From Nemertoderma westbladi (Eukaryota; Animalia; Xenacoelomorpha), in NCBI GenBank assembly GCA_032718475.1, contig JAUCBJ010002127.1:1-40709 (forward strand): a stretch of 40,709 nt of DNA, read 5' to 3'. This document shows positions 1 through 12,975 of this stretch, in pieces. The notes under the pieces are model-generated. The model saw only the letters and a list, made by a program, of their open reading frames with translations, made no database searches and had not been told where the DNA came from. The first letter of the stretch is position 1; each line of letters begins with the position of its first letter. A program made the translations under genes and the position numbers.

Positions 1-176
1 GATTACACTTAAGAATAAAACTGTAACCTGTTATATTGTGTTCAGTTTATTGTTTTGGTTAAAATAACGTGCCACTGTAACCTGCTCCTTTTCCTAAATT
101 GAGAATTTAACATTGAGGCGGGATATTAATTCGCAAGACGGGATTGGCGTCGAGCCCCCCCCCCCCCCCCCCCCCC
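1..176. repeat. Dispersed repeat; inverted copy of 9657-9839
   Basis: GATTAC...AATAAAACTGTAACCTG...TTGTTTTGGTT...GCCACTGTAACCTGCTCCTTT...AAATTGAGAATTTAACATTGA...GCGGGATATTAATTCG + poly-C aligns to the reverse complement of 9657-9839. It may extend beyond the window's left edge. Confidence 0.85.
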
Positions 177-1048
177 TGTCTCAAATCTCAAGACATTTTT
201 CCCGCAGTTCTATTAAGATTAAGATCACTGAATTGAAATACAGGCGAATAATTTTAAAAAAGTTGAATACACACAATTAATTGGGTAATATTTTAAAATA
301 ACATACAAAAAGTGTTAGAAGTAAATTTATAATAGGATCAACTGACAACATTTAATGCCTTTTTTCTCACACATAATCGTTGTTGTCCATAAGCCTACGG
401 GAGTTATTCTTCATTGGGGAGGCTGTAACTATATCTCATATCCCCCCCCCATCCCCCAACAAAAAAAAACATTCCCACGTTCAAAAAAATTAACCTCCCC
501 CAACCAAACAATATTCAACATCCATTCCAAAAAATTCCCGGTTCCTCAAACTAAAATTGACGTATGAAATAATTTGTAGAATACAATTTATTACTAGACA
601 GACTAACTAGAATAATAAAATCGCAACACTTTCATAAACGCCAGCATTGCCCAATTCACAAGACTTTTTGTTAATATTGCCAGGATACTTAAATAAATGT
701 AATAAGTTTCATGTAATTTCTCATGTAGCCCTACTGTACGCCGTAGGCCTATGGGTAAGTGACTTCTTTGATTCGCGTTTCGTGTAGCAATATTTTCCTT
801 AAATAAATTAGAAATGTGTTGAATTGTTATTTTTGAATCTCTTTTTCACTATCTCTTTCTCTATATCATTCCCTCATTATATTTTTCGCCTCATTCTCAC
901 TTGTCGGATCCCCCCCCCCCCCCATGATTTGCCCCTTCTTTAGGTCCACTGACGGTGCGGCGACATCCCCCCCCCCCCCCCCGCCGCGTATGCCTATGTT
1001 GCTGTCTACTATAGCAACACGTTCGTGGGGCCTTCGCACGGGACGTAT

Positions 1049-1309
1049 TAAGCAAGCTTATCATAAGGGTACAACTATTACAGCCGTTGCCAAGTCACCA
1101 TCTAGAGGGACACTGGAGAACTGCTAAGTCCCCTACACAAATATTTCAGACTTTTTGACAAACTACATGTGTACCAGATCAGATTTGGTTTAATTTCATT
1201 AAAGATTGACTGAGTAAAGCCTATTGGTCTTCAAAATTTGCTGACAGACAAACCGACTGACAGACAGACAACTGTTGAAACAGCGGTACCCTTACGCTAA
1301 GCTTGCTTA
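1049..1309. mobile_element. MITE-like non-autonomous DNA element (~260 bp)
   Basis: 24-bp terminal inverted repeats TAAGCAAGCTTATCATAAGGGTAC / GTACCCTTACGCTAAGCTTGCTTA (2 mismatches), TA at both ends, internal (GACA)n microsatellite at ~1243-1270. Confidence 0.7.
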
Positions 1310-2454
1310 CTACTCTCCCCACAGAAACACGTTTTAAGGCCAGACCAGAAACGGATTGCTGGGGACAACAGGTTAAACAAAAAGTTAACAACATGTTAAA
1401 GATTTTTTCGTAAAATATTGTTGACAATAATGAGTTATCGTTTAATAAAGCATTGTGAATTATTTTGCTCTTAAAATAAGTGGCGTATTTCTCCAAAATT
1501 ATTACAATAATAATTGTTAATTAAATTATACTAGTTATTAACGAAAAATATAAGTATTAATAGCATCTCAGTTTTCACAGTGTCACCAACTGTATGTTAC
1601 TGAAGACCGTCGTGAAATATTTCATCATCGATGCGACAAATTCATTATTAGTTACAGTAGAACTCTTAGTCCTACTGTACGGAACGTGCGAGTAGAACTT
1701 AGATGAATAATACAGTTGGCAGCGGTACCGAAATGTGATGTTGTGCATCATTAAACGTCGAACAATCATTAAACTGCTGCCTAGTTGTAGTTTACGACGA
1801 GGCCGTGTGATTCATATTACAATGTTACTGAGATCTGTAAACTCCTAAGTAAATGTATCCGAGTGCCGCTTAAGTTGTTAACATTGACTTTAATTCCTTT
1901 ACTTGTATTCACAGAAACGGTAAAGTAAAAGATCCCACTGTAATGATGAAACTTTAATTAATTAGTTGCCATGGTGGCGGTAATTGAAAAGTACAGAAGT
2001 CTCGTCTTGGTATGACGAATGATTTCCCGGAGACCTTCTTGTATTAATACTGTAAAGTAAACCGTGTAAACGTTACTGTAAATATCTGTAAAAAATACTC
2101 AGGTTTATTTAGTTTTGAAAGTTAGGGCAAAAAATTGTATACGTTACGTTTAAATAGTAATTTTTTGTGGTACATGATTATAGCGCTGTAGGTTATACCG
2201 ACAATTTATTCAATACGATAATGGCGCTTGTCCAATCATTTTTCCTTGTTACTATTTTTAAGTTGCTTCTGAGTTTTTCCATTTGTGACTATCGAGTACC
2301 ATATTTAAGCGATTTTGACTTTTAAATAGCTACCCGTTGTATCGCATTCATATTATTTATATTGAATGCATAAATAAACTTACTAAATATATACTAAATA
2401 ATATATAAATATATATAAAATATAAATATATACTAAATATACTTGTAGACTATA

Positions 2455-2690
2455 CAGATGTACAAGGTGGACATCCCATGACCTTAGCGCATTTATAAGG
2501 ACACTGGCCTTGAAATGTTAATCTCGTGAATGTCATGGGGGATAGGGAGTTGTGGCGGCGCAATTTTGACGACAAGCCGGCATAGTATTATTAATGCACG
2601 CTGCATCACACAGCAAGCCAATTGTGGATTGCAAAGTGGTTTCACATTTTTTTTGTTAAGCCATCATAGCATCTCAATGACGCAACGCTT
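2455..2690 (+). mobile_element. Degenerate 3' fragment of an RTE-like LINE
   Basis: Aligns by eye to ~3700-3930 (GGTGGACA..CATGAC, ACTGGCCTTGAA, GGGATAGGGAGTTGTG, TAATGCACGCTGCAT, AAGCCA.CATAGCATCTCAATG). Confidence 0.75.
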
Positions 2691-2859
2691 ATCTATATTG
2701 CTCTATAGTGTTTAATTTTTATATATATACAACAAGCCCCCTGTTAGTCAGTATGTCGCGTGCGGCCTTTAATGATTATTGATAAATTTAACGTATTGTT
2801 GTATGGATCACCACCACAGCAATGTCGTTACATATTTTCTCATCTTCTGATCAAAACCC

Positions 2860-3962
2860 AACTTTCTTTACTAGATTTCACAGAACCATTTGAAGTGTTA
2901 TGGGGAGTCCTTCAGTGAGACTGAGACACACTTGCGCCATTCTTGTTCATAATTGTGGTTGACTATGTTCTGTCGATATAGATCATTATAATGATGATGG
3001 GGTGATGATAACTACACATACTGGCTCCAGAAGTCGAGGAAATCCTGCCAAGTACCTAACTGATCTAGACTTTACTGATGACTTAGGAGTACTCTCAGAA
3101 TCACTAGAGGGAGCCCAACGGCTCCTCAGCTTATTAGAACCGGCTGCTTCTAGTGTTTGGTATTTTGTTAACTCCAAAAAGACCAAAATTTTGACAGTTA
3201 ACTTAGAAAGTCCTCAGCAAATCTCTGATCGGATGAGCATAAGCTCAAATGATGGTATGCTTGAGCATGTGGACGACTTCTGTTACCTGGGATCATGGAT
3301 CCGGAAGTCAGGTGAGGACCTTCGAATACGTAAGGGAAAGGCATTCCAGGCTTTCCAGGATTTGGAAGTCACATAGAATTAATCGTAAACTTAAGGTCCG
3401 ATTATTTAGAGCAGCAGTAGTTCCAGTACTCCTCTATGGGAGTCCATGCTGGGCTCTAACTGCTGAGGACACCAAATCTCTGGATGGCACATTCACAAGA
3501 ATACTACGCCGGGTTCACTGTGTCAAGTACAATGCAGACATCTCCATCCAGACACTAATATAACATTGGAGGTGTCTCATTGGTTCCCCCAAGCTTGACA
3601 CTAGTACAAAGCTGCCTCGCTTTGCAGGACATTGTTTTTGCCGTGAGGACCAGCTTCTGCACAATCTAGTCCTTTGACAGTCCCATGGAGAAAATAATCA
3701 TGGTGGACAGCCTATGACTTTCGTGAGACGAAACCTAAAGGAGACTGGCCTTGAAGGTGCGGATAATCTCGCGAAAGTCATGAGGGATAGGGAGTTGTGT
3801 TGGTGAAACTTTGTTCATAAGCCGTCATCATAGCATTCTTAATGCACGCTGCATTGGGCCTGCCAATTGTGGTTTGCATGGGTGACAAAATATTTTTGTC
3901 AAGCCAGCATAGCATCTCAATGGGCAGTTTCAATGCAGCAGGCCGATTATAGTAGTAGTAGT
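2860..3962 (+). mobile_element. 5'-truncated, decayed RTE-clade non-LTR retrotransposon (RT C-terminal half + 3' UTR)
   Basis: RT motifs GVLQ..DTLAPFLFIIVVDY, LDFTDDL, VNSKKTK, DFCYLGS, LKVRLFRAAVVPVLLYG are broken by frameshifts. Ends in a (TAG)n tail. Confidence 0.88.
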
Positions 3963-5304
3963 GTTGATTCGCCAGACACCCGCGACGACAACGTGGTCAC
4001 GGCTGATCACATCAGACTTCTCCAATGTATTCCAATAGTAATGTATTTCCTAAATATGTTCGGAATGTTGAAAGGTTTTTTGTGTTGTTAAGGTACAGTA
4101 TACCGGTATAGAAAACAATTTAAAAAAAATTATTTTTTTTATATATATAAACCTTTACATTTAGGATTTTCAAACAGAATAAAAAAAACTTCAGATATCT
4201 AGCTCTCATACTAAAACTAAACGCTGTCGGCTGGACAGGATATTGGGCGGGTACTAAAATCCAAGAAAGGGAATACGTGACATACTTTATATGCGACCAC
4301 TTATTTAGTATAAATAATGAAACGATTGACCTGTACATCAAGTATTATAAATTGATTTTCATATGCGTAAAAGTAACCTATCCCTTGATTGATTGCAACT
4401 TCAGTAAGACAAGGAATATACAAAAAATTATGTACGGCTCAATTTCGGTGATATACCTTTTTGAATGTGTGGTTACTTTATAGGACTTAGAGGAAAAGTT
4501 AAGTACTTTTTTAAACAACGAAAAAAGTTTACATCAAAAATGAAATTTACAAATTTAGATTGATTATTCCAAATGGATTCCAACTGGATTAATTTAAATT
4601 AATTTCAGTGGGAATCAGCCAAGAAAGTGTTTACATAAAAAAAGGTCTGTAAGAACAAAAGTCAGTCTAATTTTGATATTGAATGTTTGAAAAACACATA
4701 ATCGCGTTTGGTGAAATTTATGTAAACACCCTTTTCTACTCACCTTAAAGATTCCCGAGGCGACGATATCGAGTGACACAAATCTGTACCGGTACTCGGC
4801 AGCTAAACTGTGGCGCCCTCGTATATGTGTATATAGGAAAAGAGATGATAATTAGGTTATATTATTGCAGATCGAATTATATTAATAAACACAATACAAA
4901 CTGGGCTGATCCTATCAACCAATCGTGAACAACATGTAACGTAATAACAGGTGAGCCAAACTAACATCTCGACATGCCAAAGTCCGAGCGTCACTGTACA
5001 CGTATACCTACAGAATTCGCCGTTACGTACTGTTCCAAGAGATAACAGCCAATCGTATGTCACCACGTTTGCCTAAGTTGAATATCGAAGATATAACTTG
5101 TCTCTTAATCAACGTACCAAACGCATGCCAGGTCGTGTGATACGGTGACGAGATATAGAAACAGCTGGAGTAAATACGAGTAAGAGAAACAACCAACGAC
5201 GGAAAGAAGGACAACATCTAATCCAAAATCAAATTCGCCAGTCATAAAAGCGAAAAGTTTAAGTTTAACAACAAAAAAAGTTTCGCGCATACATGTAAGT
5301 CTGT

Positions 5305-6522
5305 CTAACTATCTGCGGCTTCATCTTTAGCTACAACTGCGTCGGCTTTTACTTCGGCGATATCCTCGACGTCACCTGCTTCCACACCGTTAACGTCCTC
5401 TTCAATCTCCTCGTCGACAACTACCATCTCTTCGGCGGTGTCATCCTTCTTCTTACCATCACGATCTTTCGTGGATTTGGAATATGAACCGCTCCGGGAG
5501 CGTTTGCGCCGGGGTTTCTCTTCGACAAGACCCAAAAAGCGATCCAAATGATCCTTCATGCGACGCTGATCGGGGTTCAGCACTGTAACCTCCATCATAC
5601 GCGAGCGGTACCGGTTGAAATGGCCGCGGGTTCGCAGATGGAGAGCGCGTTCGTCGTCGGATCTCAACCACGCGTCGCAAGCTGCGCAGTAGTGCGCTGC
5701 GATCGGCTCAACGAGCGACTCACCGATATCGGTCGAGGAGGTCGAGGTTAAACTGCGCCAGTGCTCGTACTCTTTTTCGCGTCCGTACTTACGGACCATC
5801 TCGCGCCGCTCGCGGAAAAATGAATCCTGCATCTGGAACAATTCGCGATCCGGATCGGGGGATTTCTCACGTTTAGGCTCCTCGACGACAGTTTCCACGA
5901 CGGGTTCCTTTGTTTCCGTTTTATCAGAAGCTTCCTCAGTTTTTTCCTTTTGACTTTCACCATCTCCATCAGTTTTAGTTTCCATAGGTTCGTCACCTTC
6001 CTGTTTATCCTCATCAACAGTCTCTTTATCTTCTTCACCTTCAATTTTCTCCCCATTCACCACTTTCGCACCTTCCTCCTTCTCTTTCTTAGCTTTCTCA
6101 GCAGCTTCCTTCTCCTCTTTTTCTTTGGCCTCACGTTCTTCCCGCCTCTTTATCCTCTCCTCTTCCTCTTTCTTACGTTTCTCGATTCGCTCATTCTCTC
6201 TCTCGAGCTGCTTTTTATCCCGCTCCTCGTGATTATCTTCCTCCCCGCTGAAATCTGACCACTCCGAGCATTCCTTATATGATTCCTTAAGCGATTTATC
6301 AAGGTCTTCCTTCTTCGATGTTTCAATCACCTTTTTCTCATCATCATCTTTTCCTTCAGAAAGTTCTGTAATCAAAGCTTCAACCTTAGTCTTATGGGTT
6401 TCATCATCCTTATGTTTCTCGACATGGACTTTTCTCTCAACAAGATCGTCGCAAATCTCGCACCACCATTTATCCTTCGTGCTTTTCCGTTCGTCCTTTT
6501 TGGCCTTGCGTTCCTGCTTTGC
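5305..6522 (-). CDS. Last coding exon of a matrin/U1-type C2H2 zinc-finger nuclear protein (CIZ1/Pep/AKAP95-ZNF326-like)
   Basis: Acceptor aatttag|GCAAAG at 6522, in frame with the 356-aa ORF. Encodes WCEICDDL...HKDDETH, a long Glu/Lys-rich region, and HYCAACDAWL...HLRTRGH. Stop at 5305-5307. Confidence 0.85.
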   Translation of the reverse strand, partial: AKQERKAKKDERKSTKDKWWCEICDDLVERKVHVEKHKDDETHKTKVEALITELSEGKDDDEKKVIETSKKEDLDKSLKESYKECSEWSDFSGEEDNHEERDKKQLERENERIEKRKKEEEERIKRREEREAKEKEEKEAAEKAKKEKEEGAKVVNGEKIEGEEDKETVDEDKQEGDEPMETKTDGDGESQKEKTEEASDKTETKEPVVETVVEEPKREKSPDPDRELFQMQDSFFRERREMVRKYGREKEYEHWRSLTSTSSTDIGESLVEPIAAHYCAACDAWLRSDDERALHLRTRGHFNRYRSRMMEVTVLNPDQRRMKDHLDRFLGLVEEKPRRKRSRSGSYSKSTKDRDGKKKDDTAEEMVVVDEEIEEDVNGVEAGDVEDIAEVKADAVVAKDEAADS

Positions 6523-6623
6523 CTAAATTTTGAATAGATGTTGAAAATTGATGTTTCCAAACTTATTTCGCGCCGAGGGGGCCGCAGGCTGCCTCTCACA
6601 AACTGACTCGCTTACTTCCTTAC

Positions 6624-6641
6624 CTTAACATAGAGTTTAGA
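6624..6641 (-). CDS. Candidate 18-nt in-frame microexon (SKLYVK) of the zinc-finger gene
   Basis: tttctgtttag|TCTAAACTCTATGTTAAG|gtaagg; phase 0/0 matches the flanking exons. Confidence 0.45.
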
Positions 6642-6865
6642 CTAAACAGAAAATATGACCCTCTTTTATACTTTACCTGAATGGAAATCTATGTACGAAC
6701 TGACTTTATGATTAAAACTCATCAGAAAGCACAAAAATACACTCAAAATGAACGACACGATACGAAACTAACTAAGATGTGATACACACAGTACTGGGTA
6801 CTGTACTACTACTCATGTACTAAAACACAGTAGTCGCTACGCTACATGTACTAAGTGGAACTAAC

Positions 6866-7579
6866 CTTCAACCAATCTTCCTGAGCCTTTAATGTAGCGT
6901 TATAATTTTCTTCAACTTTGTCGGTCATTTTCTTGAAATTCTCCGGTTGGAGCCTATATATCTCCTTAACATCACCCATTGCCGATTCATGCCGCCTTTG
7001 TAGATAGTGCCAATCAAAAAGATCTTTGTAAGCACAGGTGAAGGTGCACACTGGGCAATCGAAAACGGGCTTTGGGATTCGCTTCTTGTGTCGCGTGTCC
7101 CGATGGTCCCTGGATGCGTGATGGGGGGATCGGGATCGGCGATATCTACTCCCACCATCCGTGCGGGGGCGTTTTGGAGACCGTCGGTCTCCACCACGTC
7201 GGTTGTCGGAACGCCGTCTGTCGTACCTTTCTGGAGAGCGACCTCCTCTGCGGTTGCTGTCATAATCTACTGAATAATAGTCGCCCCATTTGTTCGGGCT
7301 TCGTTGCCTGCCATAACCACCGCCGCCTCCATAACTTCCACCATACATTGCGCTACCACCTCCAAGACCTGCAGCACGATAAGGGTTATTAGCCATTGTA
7401 TAAGGCGAGGTTAATCCACTAGTGTTTCCTCCGTACGACGATTGGGATTGAAGACTACGGTTGCTGAGTAATCCTGCTGTTCTGTAGGGTGAGGCTCCTT
7501 GCAAGTTCATATAATTTGGTTGACCACCAAGATAACTACCGGTACCACCAACTGATGCACCCAAACCAGTTCTATTCAT
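6866..7579 (-). CDS. First coding exon of the zinc-finger gene
   Basis: ATG at 7579 (MNRTG...), G/Y/S-rich low-complexity region, RS/RGG-rich block, zinc finger FDCPVCTFTC...HYLQRRH, donor TTGAAG|gttagt at 6866/6865. An upstream acceptor tttatttacag near 7673 suggests a spliced 5' UTR. Joined product is ~643 aa. Confidence 0.85.
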
Positions 7580-7882
7580 GCTCAGAAAAAAACTAATGAG
7601 GTAAACTCTATAATTTCTCAATACTGCTGTAATCAGGTAGTGGCAGTAGGATGATGGGGATTAGGATTAAGGCTGTAAATAAAATATAGGTAACAGAAGA
7701 GACTCGATGGTGGCACAGGGCACGACCACGGGCTCTTCAGAGTTTAGATCGTGGCTTTTCCAGTTACCGTAACTTTATTTTATTCTCTTTTGTAAAATCG
7801 ATATCTGGGATTAACGTGTTTGGGGGCGACTGGGGGCCTCCACCCACATAATATAGGCAACACACGTCATAAACCAATGGGA

Positions 7883-7965
7883 GAAAGGAGCAGATTACAG
7901 AGGCAGGCTTTTCTAACCAAAACAATAAACGCCAATTTACCATGAGGGAAAGGAGCAGGTTACAG
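7883..7965. repeat. Partial, internally duplicated copy of the 1-176/9657-9839 repeat
   Basis: AAAGGAGCAG(A/G)TTACAG occurs twice, with TTCTAACCAAAACAATAAA between; same orientation as 9740-9790. Confidence 0.65.
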
Positions 7966-9056
7966 AAGCGTACTATACTGTACAGTACATGTCAGCCTGT
8001 ACTATTACGTATGAACTGCATGTACTGTTACTGCAGTACTGTAGTTCTACTGTAGGCAGGCAGGGAGGCCCTGAAACACGTTAGTCCTCGATAGTCGATA
8101 CCTACCTAAAAGGCCTAATATAATTGTAGCTGTTACTCGTACGTCTTACCGGTACTACCGGCAGACCGGTAGTATTACTGTTAAACCAATCACATTATTA
8201 TCTTATTATTACTGCCTGACTGCTGTACTGGTACCGGAACCTGTGTTCTGTTTACCAATAGCCTACCACTTACTGATTTAACACCGAGTCAATGAGAATG
8301 GCTGAATGAGTGAATGGAATATTGTTAACTCGAACAACTTGAAACTCGACTTAAGGTCACTAATTAGTAATTAATATTATTCCAGATCCTGAATTAATTT
8401 CTACTCAACAGTCTGCCAGTAGCAACTAGTAACTTTCTCTGACCACAGACAGACACACACAGCGACAGGACAGACTGACAGACAGAGACAGAACCAATCA
8501 CTTTAATTAGGTCTACCGGCAGACCGGTACCGCTATAACAGTATAAATAATGGCTGAATGGTGAATGGGATTCATTAAGGTACGGTAACAGGAAAATCCA
8601 CAATCTACAGCATCTTGCAGTCTTGTATGCATGTAAGCATCATGCAGTCATGTAATTACGTCAGTCAGTCAGTACGTGTCAAGCTGTCGAGTAGTGTTGA
8701 TAACTGTAACTGTAATTATACTGTAACTGAATGATTTTGATAATTTTTTGATACTGTACTGCTGTAACTATAACTGTTACTGCGAATTTTGAATACTGTC
8801 AGACTGTAACTGTAATTAGGAATTTTGAATACCGGCTGACCGCTACTGCTGTACTGTAACTGAAACTACTAAAAATCTATTCAGTTCTCAACCACACAAT
8901 GAACACGAATGAGCATTTGAAACAGTATTGTACTAGTTTATTATATTAATAACAATCAGCACAGCATGATCAGATGATATATTCAATGAGGAATTCATGA
9001 ATTTGTCCAGTGCGATTTTCCTTATAAATCCGTATTTTCCGTATAAATCCTTAAAG

Positions 9057-10296
9057 AGTTCCCTAAAGGCACTTTGGCATTCTGGCATTTAATTGTAAAT
9101 TATTATTAGTGATAATATTACTGTACTACATTATACAGTACGCCTAAGTGTCCGAGTGTGCATAGCATAGTAAGTACGATTAAATTAAATTAAAGCATAC
9201 TACCTATAGTATTAGCTTGATTGAACATGCTTAAATATGAAATGAATTACACCGCGCAATTGTAGGTCATACCTATTAATGTAAATCTTTTATAAAAAAA
9301 ATTTCATAAAACGTTCCAGATTATAATATGGAACTGTCAATACGGTAGGCCTATTACATTTGTATTACTGTATTATATACAATAATAATGTCGTTCCATT
9401 CATTTAAATTATGTTTATTCCTTTATTATTACGTCACGTGAACGTGAAGTAAACAAAACTGCACCCTAACACCACGTATGAGTAATCTCAATGAAATGAA
9501 ATGTAATATAGGTAGATTTTGAGAGTCAGGATCAGGGAAGTGAAACGGAAAGGCAGGCTAGCTAATTAGCAGAGCTGGTAGACGCTAGTGCTATCCACCG
9601 TATTCCGCATGATGTGGGGGAGGCACTAATCAGACACAGACTCAGTCAATGAGACAGGGGGGGGGGGGGGGGGGAACTGAACGCAAATCCCATCTTGGCG
9701 AATTAATATCCCGCATCAATGTTAAATTCTCAATTTAGGTAAAGGAGCAGGTTACAGTGGCATGTTATTCTAACCAAAACAATAAATTAAACACAATACA
9801 GCAATAGAACAGGTTACAGTTTTATTTGTGAGAGTAATCAGCTGTTATTTGCGTCGAATTTCCCCTGGCTGCCTGGAGAGGGATTAATTATTGCGTCGAA
9901 AGTCCAAAGTCCCCCCTATCCACTATCTGCAGTCAATGCTGCGAATGAATATTAATACTATGTTAAACTACAATAACTAAGTAATACTTTCTGACTTATC
10001 AATTAAATATTATTGTATGTTATGGAGTAGGTACATTACTGCATTAGGTCCTACACACTTTACACTTATACAGTAAAGTGTTCTTAAAAAAGGATAAAGT
10101 TCATTAGGCCTACCCGGATCTCAGCGAATAATGAATTTCAACGAAATGCCAGAATGCCAAAGTGCTTTGGCTGTTTGGGGAACTGTTAGCTGGTTAGAAT
10201 CATTCTACAGTTCCCCAAAAGCACTCTGGCATTTACGCTGGTTGCAATTATTTAGGTAGGCCTACCTGGAAAATGCCAAAGTGCCTTTTGGGAACT
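9057..10296. mobile_element. Cluster of four MITE-like terminal inverted repeats
   Basis: AGTTCCC.AAA.GCACT.TGGCATT at 9057-9090 and 10208-10234, with reverse complements at 10144-10185 and 10271-10296. Confidence 0.6.
9657..9839. repeat. Dispersed repeat; inverted copy of 1-176
   Basis: Poly-G followed by the reverse complement of window positions ~1-150. Confidence 0.85.
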
Positions 10297-12879
10297 ATTC
10301 ATTCGTGTGACTTGGGACTTAGCCACACGTGAACCAGTGCTGTAGTAAAGCCTAGCCAATGCCATGCCAGCTGCCAGCATGCCTGCATAGCCAGATCTGC
10401 AGATAGCCGCATACAGCTGTACTCTGTACAGGCAGACAGGCATAGCTGATGGCCTACCAGCCTACGCAATAAACAGATAACAGGATAAAGGTCTGAAGGC
10501 CGGTAATATTTAATAGGCCTACTGTAATATAGGCCTACAGCAGATAGGAGGCCTACTGCAGCTGTGCAGTACAACAGTAGGCAGGTAGGTACGGTATTGC
10601 AGTAGGCCTATTGAAAAGTTGAAGTTAAGACAAGTCAGGGCATTGCTGCAGACAGGCAGACAGGCGGACTCCCAGACTCCTGGACCTAGACTGCCAGACT
10701 GCGGCGCAGAGGCGGTGGGCAGTGGGGACAGTCAGTGTGCAGCGAGCTGGCGAGTCAGATACCGCCGATACCGGTACTGAGATAGATAAAGGACTGCAGC
10801 ATTGCAGGACTGATTGTATACAGGTGTATACAGTAGACAGTATATACTGCTACTGCTGTACAGCCAGACAGCGGTCTGGCAGTACTAGTACAGTAGTATA
10901 CACTACAGTAGTACTGCTGTACTGGTACCGCGTTGCACTGTCAGATTGTCTGACTGTTGAATTACCGACATACAGTACCGGTAGTTGATGCATTCGCTAC
11001 AAACCTATTCATTCCCCTTTGTTAAAATTAGATGTAGGGCCTAATAAAGACATATAGGAGGATGAGCAGGACTGCAGGATGCTATGATGACTGGAAACCG
11101 AAACAATTTAAATCCGCTCCATCAAGGTGCGAGTGTCACTTTCTAATGAATAATAATCGTAAAAATTGTAATTTAAAATGATAAACGTTTCCTTGCGTAA
11201 TTGGATATAGTAAACGTACTGTGTAAGTCGCATTTTTCGTTGAGTGGTTGTGTTAAACAAACTACCCCGGCCTAACCAATAAAGACACAAAGACTGCTCT
11301 ATTATTAAACAGGGTAATCAGGAGCGTGTTATTGCTAATGTAGGGTTGCTAAATACAAAACCGCTACTCACCGTTGGATGGCGCTCGCCTGCCGTCCGCT
11401 AATATATTTCCCTAATTTTCTACGGCTCCTGCTAATTTCTTGTTACTTTCTCTACCGATTACTCGATAGAGAGCTAACTGTTCGAATATATGAGCCACGC
11501 GGGAATAACCAAAACAATAAACCCGAATCGGCTCCCTAAGCTTACTTAAGACGAGTGTGAGAGGCTCTACACTCAGAGTGTAATCCTACGGCCAAATTTT
11601 GCTGCTAAAACGCGTTAACAATTACGTCTTTTCTAATCGCATCTAATCGCAAAGACTGGGGTTCCTTAACGGAATGTGTGAATGTGAGAATATTTAAATA
11701 ATCAAAATTTTATGCAGTGTTTATTAGGGCTAATACCTACTGTGGGACTAAACTTGCCTACGGCTGACTTTAGGCCAGCAATTTACTAATGCGTGTTGCG
11801 TACTGTATACTGCGATCTAACTTATTGTCCGCTAATTTAAATAACCGCCCAGCGTGAATAGTGTATGGTACTCCAAATTATTGCCTTAACTACTCTCCGC
11901 TATGCTGCGTACAAATTCTTAATTTTACTAATTAATTACAGTCACAAATATGTAACAGCGTACTAATTACTACGTATTCCAGAATGCGCAATTCTAATTT
12001 ATTACGTAACTGGTTGTACTAGTAACAGTCTAAATACCGTATTATTTTCGACCTAATCAGTAATTATTTACAGTAAACTAAGAAATAGAAATCAATCAAA
12101 GGGAAAAGAGCACCTATCCAAACATTCGTGATTTATTAGGCACACTTTAGTAACACACCAATCAGCGTAACAATCAATATTTTATACTTACCAATTTAGT
12201 TCCTAATGTACAATTCTCAATTAGCGATCAACAGTTCACAACTCGCAGTCTACTACTCAGCTCGCAATGCACAATCCGCAATTCGCAATGTAAAGCACGT
12301 AGGCCTCTCCCGAGTACATCTAGGCTTCCTAACTAACCCAATTCCTGCCCCCCTAATACTACAAAATAGAGACAAAATCTGGATCATAAGCCCCTAATTA
12401 CTGTACTAGCGAGCAGTCTCCACTCTACACTGCCAACTGCCCGACCGCAACGGCGACCTTCCCGCCGGCATTGCCCGCCTTTGAATCCTCCGCACTCCCT
12501 TCGTCGCTAACCCCCGATGCACCCGCAGCGCCTATCGGTAACTTAGCCCTCCATCAAAATGAATAGCTACCGTAGCGGCGCATGCAAATCACAAAGTCTG
12601 ACAGTCTAAGAAAATCCCGTAGGATTATTGCGTCGAAAGGAATCACATAGAACCATTAACTAAAGGGTAGAAATCATAGTTCCAATTGTAATTAACAGTA
12701 ATCATTGGGATTGATTGAGAAACACAAGCAAGAATCAATTAGCTAATCATTGCAAGAAAATAATTCCGAAAAAAGAGCAGAAATACAGAATTTACAAAGA
12801 ATTACGCACAAATGTATCCAAAACTCTGAATAATGGTTGTGACAAAGAAGATGATACCTTACATACCGGCAAACCGCCA

Positions 12880-12975
12880 ATTTATAGGTGATTCAAGAGG
12901 GATGATGCAATCGCTCTCTCATTGGCTCTCCAATCCGCGCTATCATTAGACCAACCTGGAAGCAGTTAGGCCAAT
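12880..12975 (-). promoter_or_regulatory. Putative LTR U3 promoter: TATA box with upstream CCAAT boxes
   Basis: Minus-strand CTATAAAT at 12887-12880; CCAAT/ATTGG at 12921, 12930 and 12971. Confidence 0.45.

Noticed and set aside
155-982. Poly-C/G runs as specific G-quadruplex elements
   Set aside because: Similar runs occur throughout the window within repeats, and their lengths are unreliable in assemblies.
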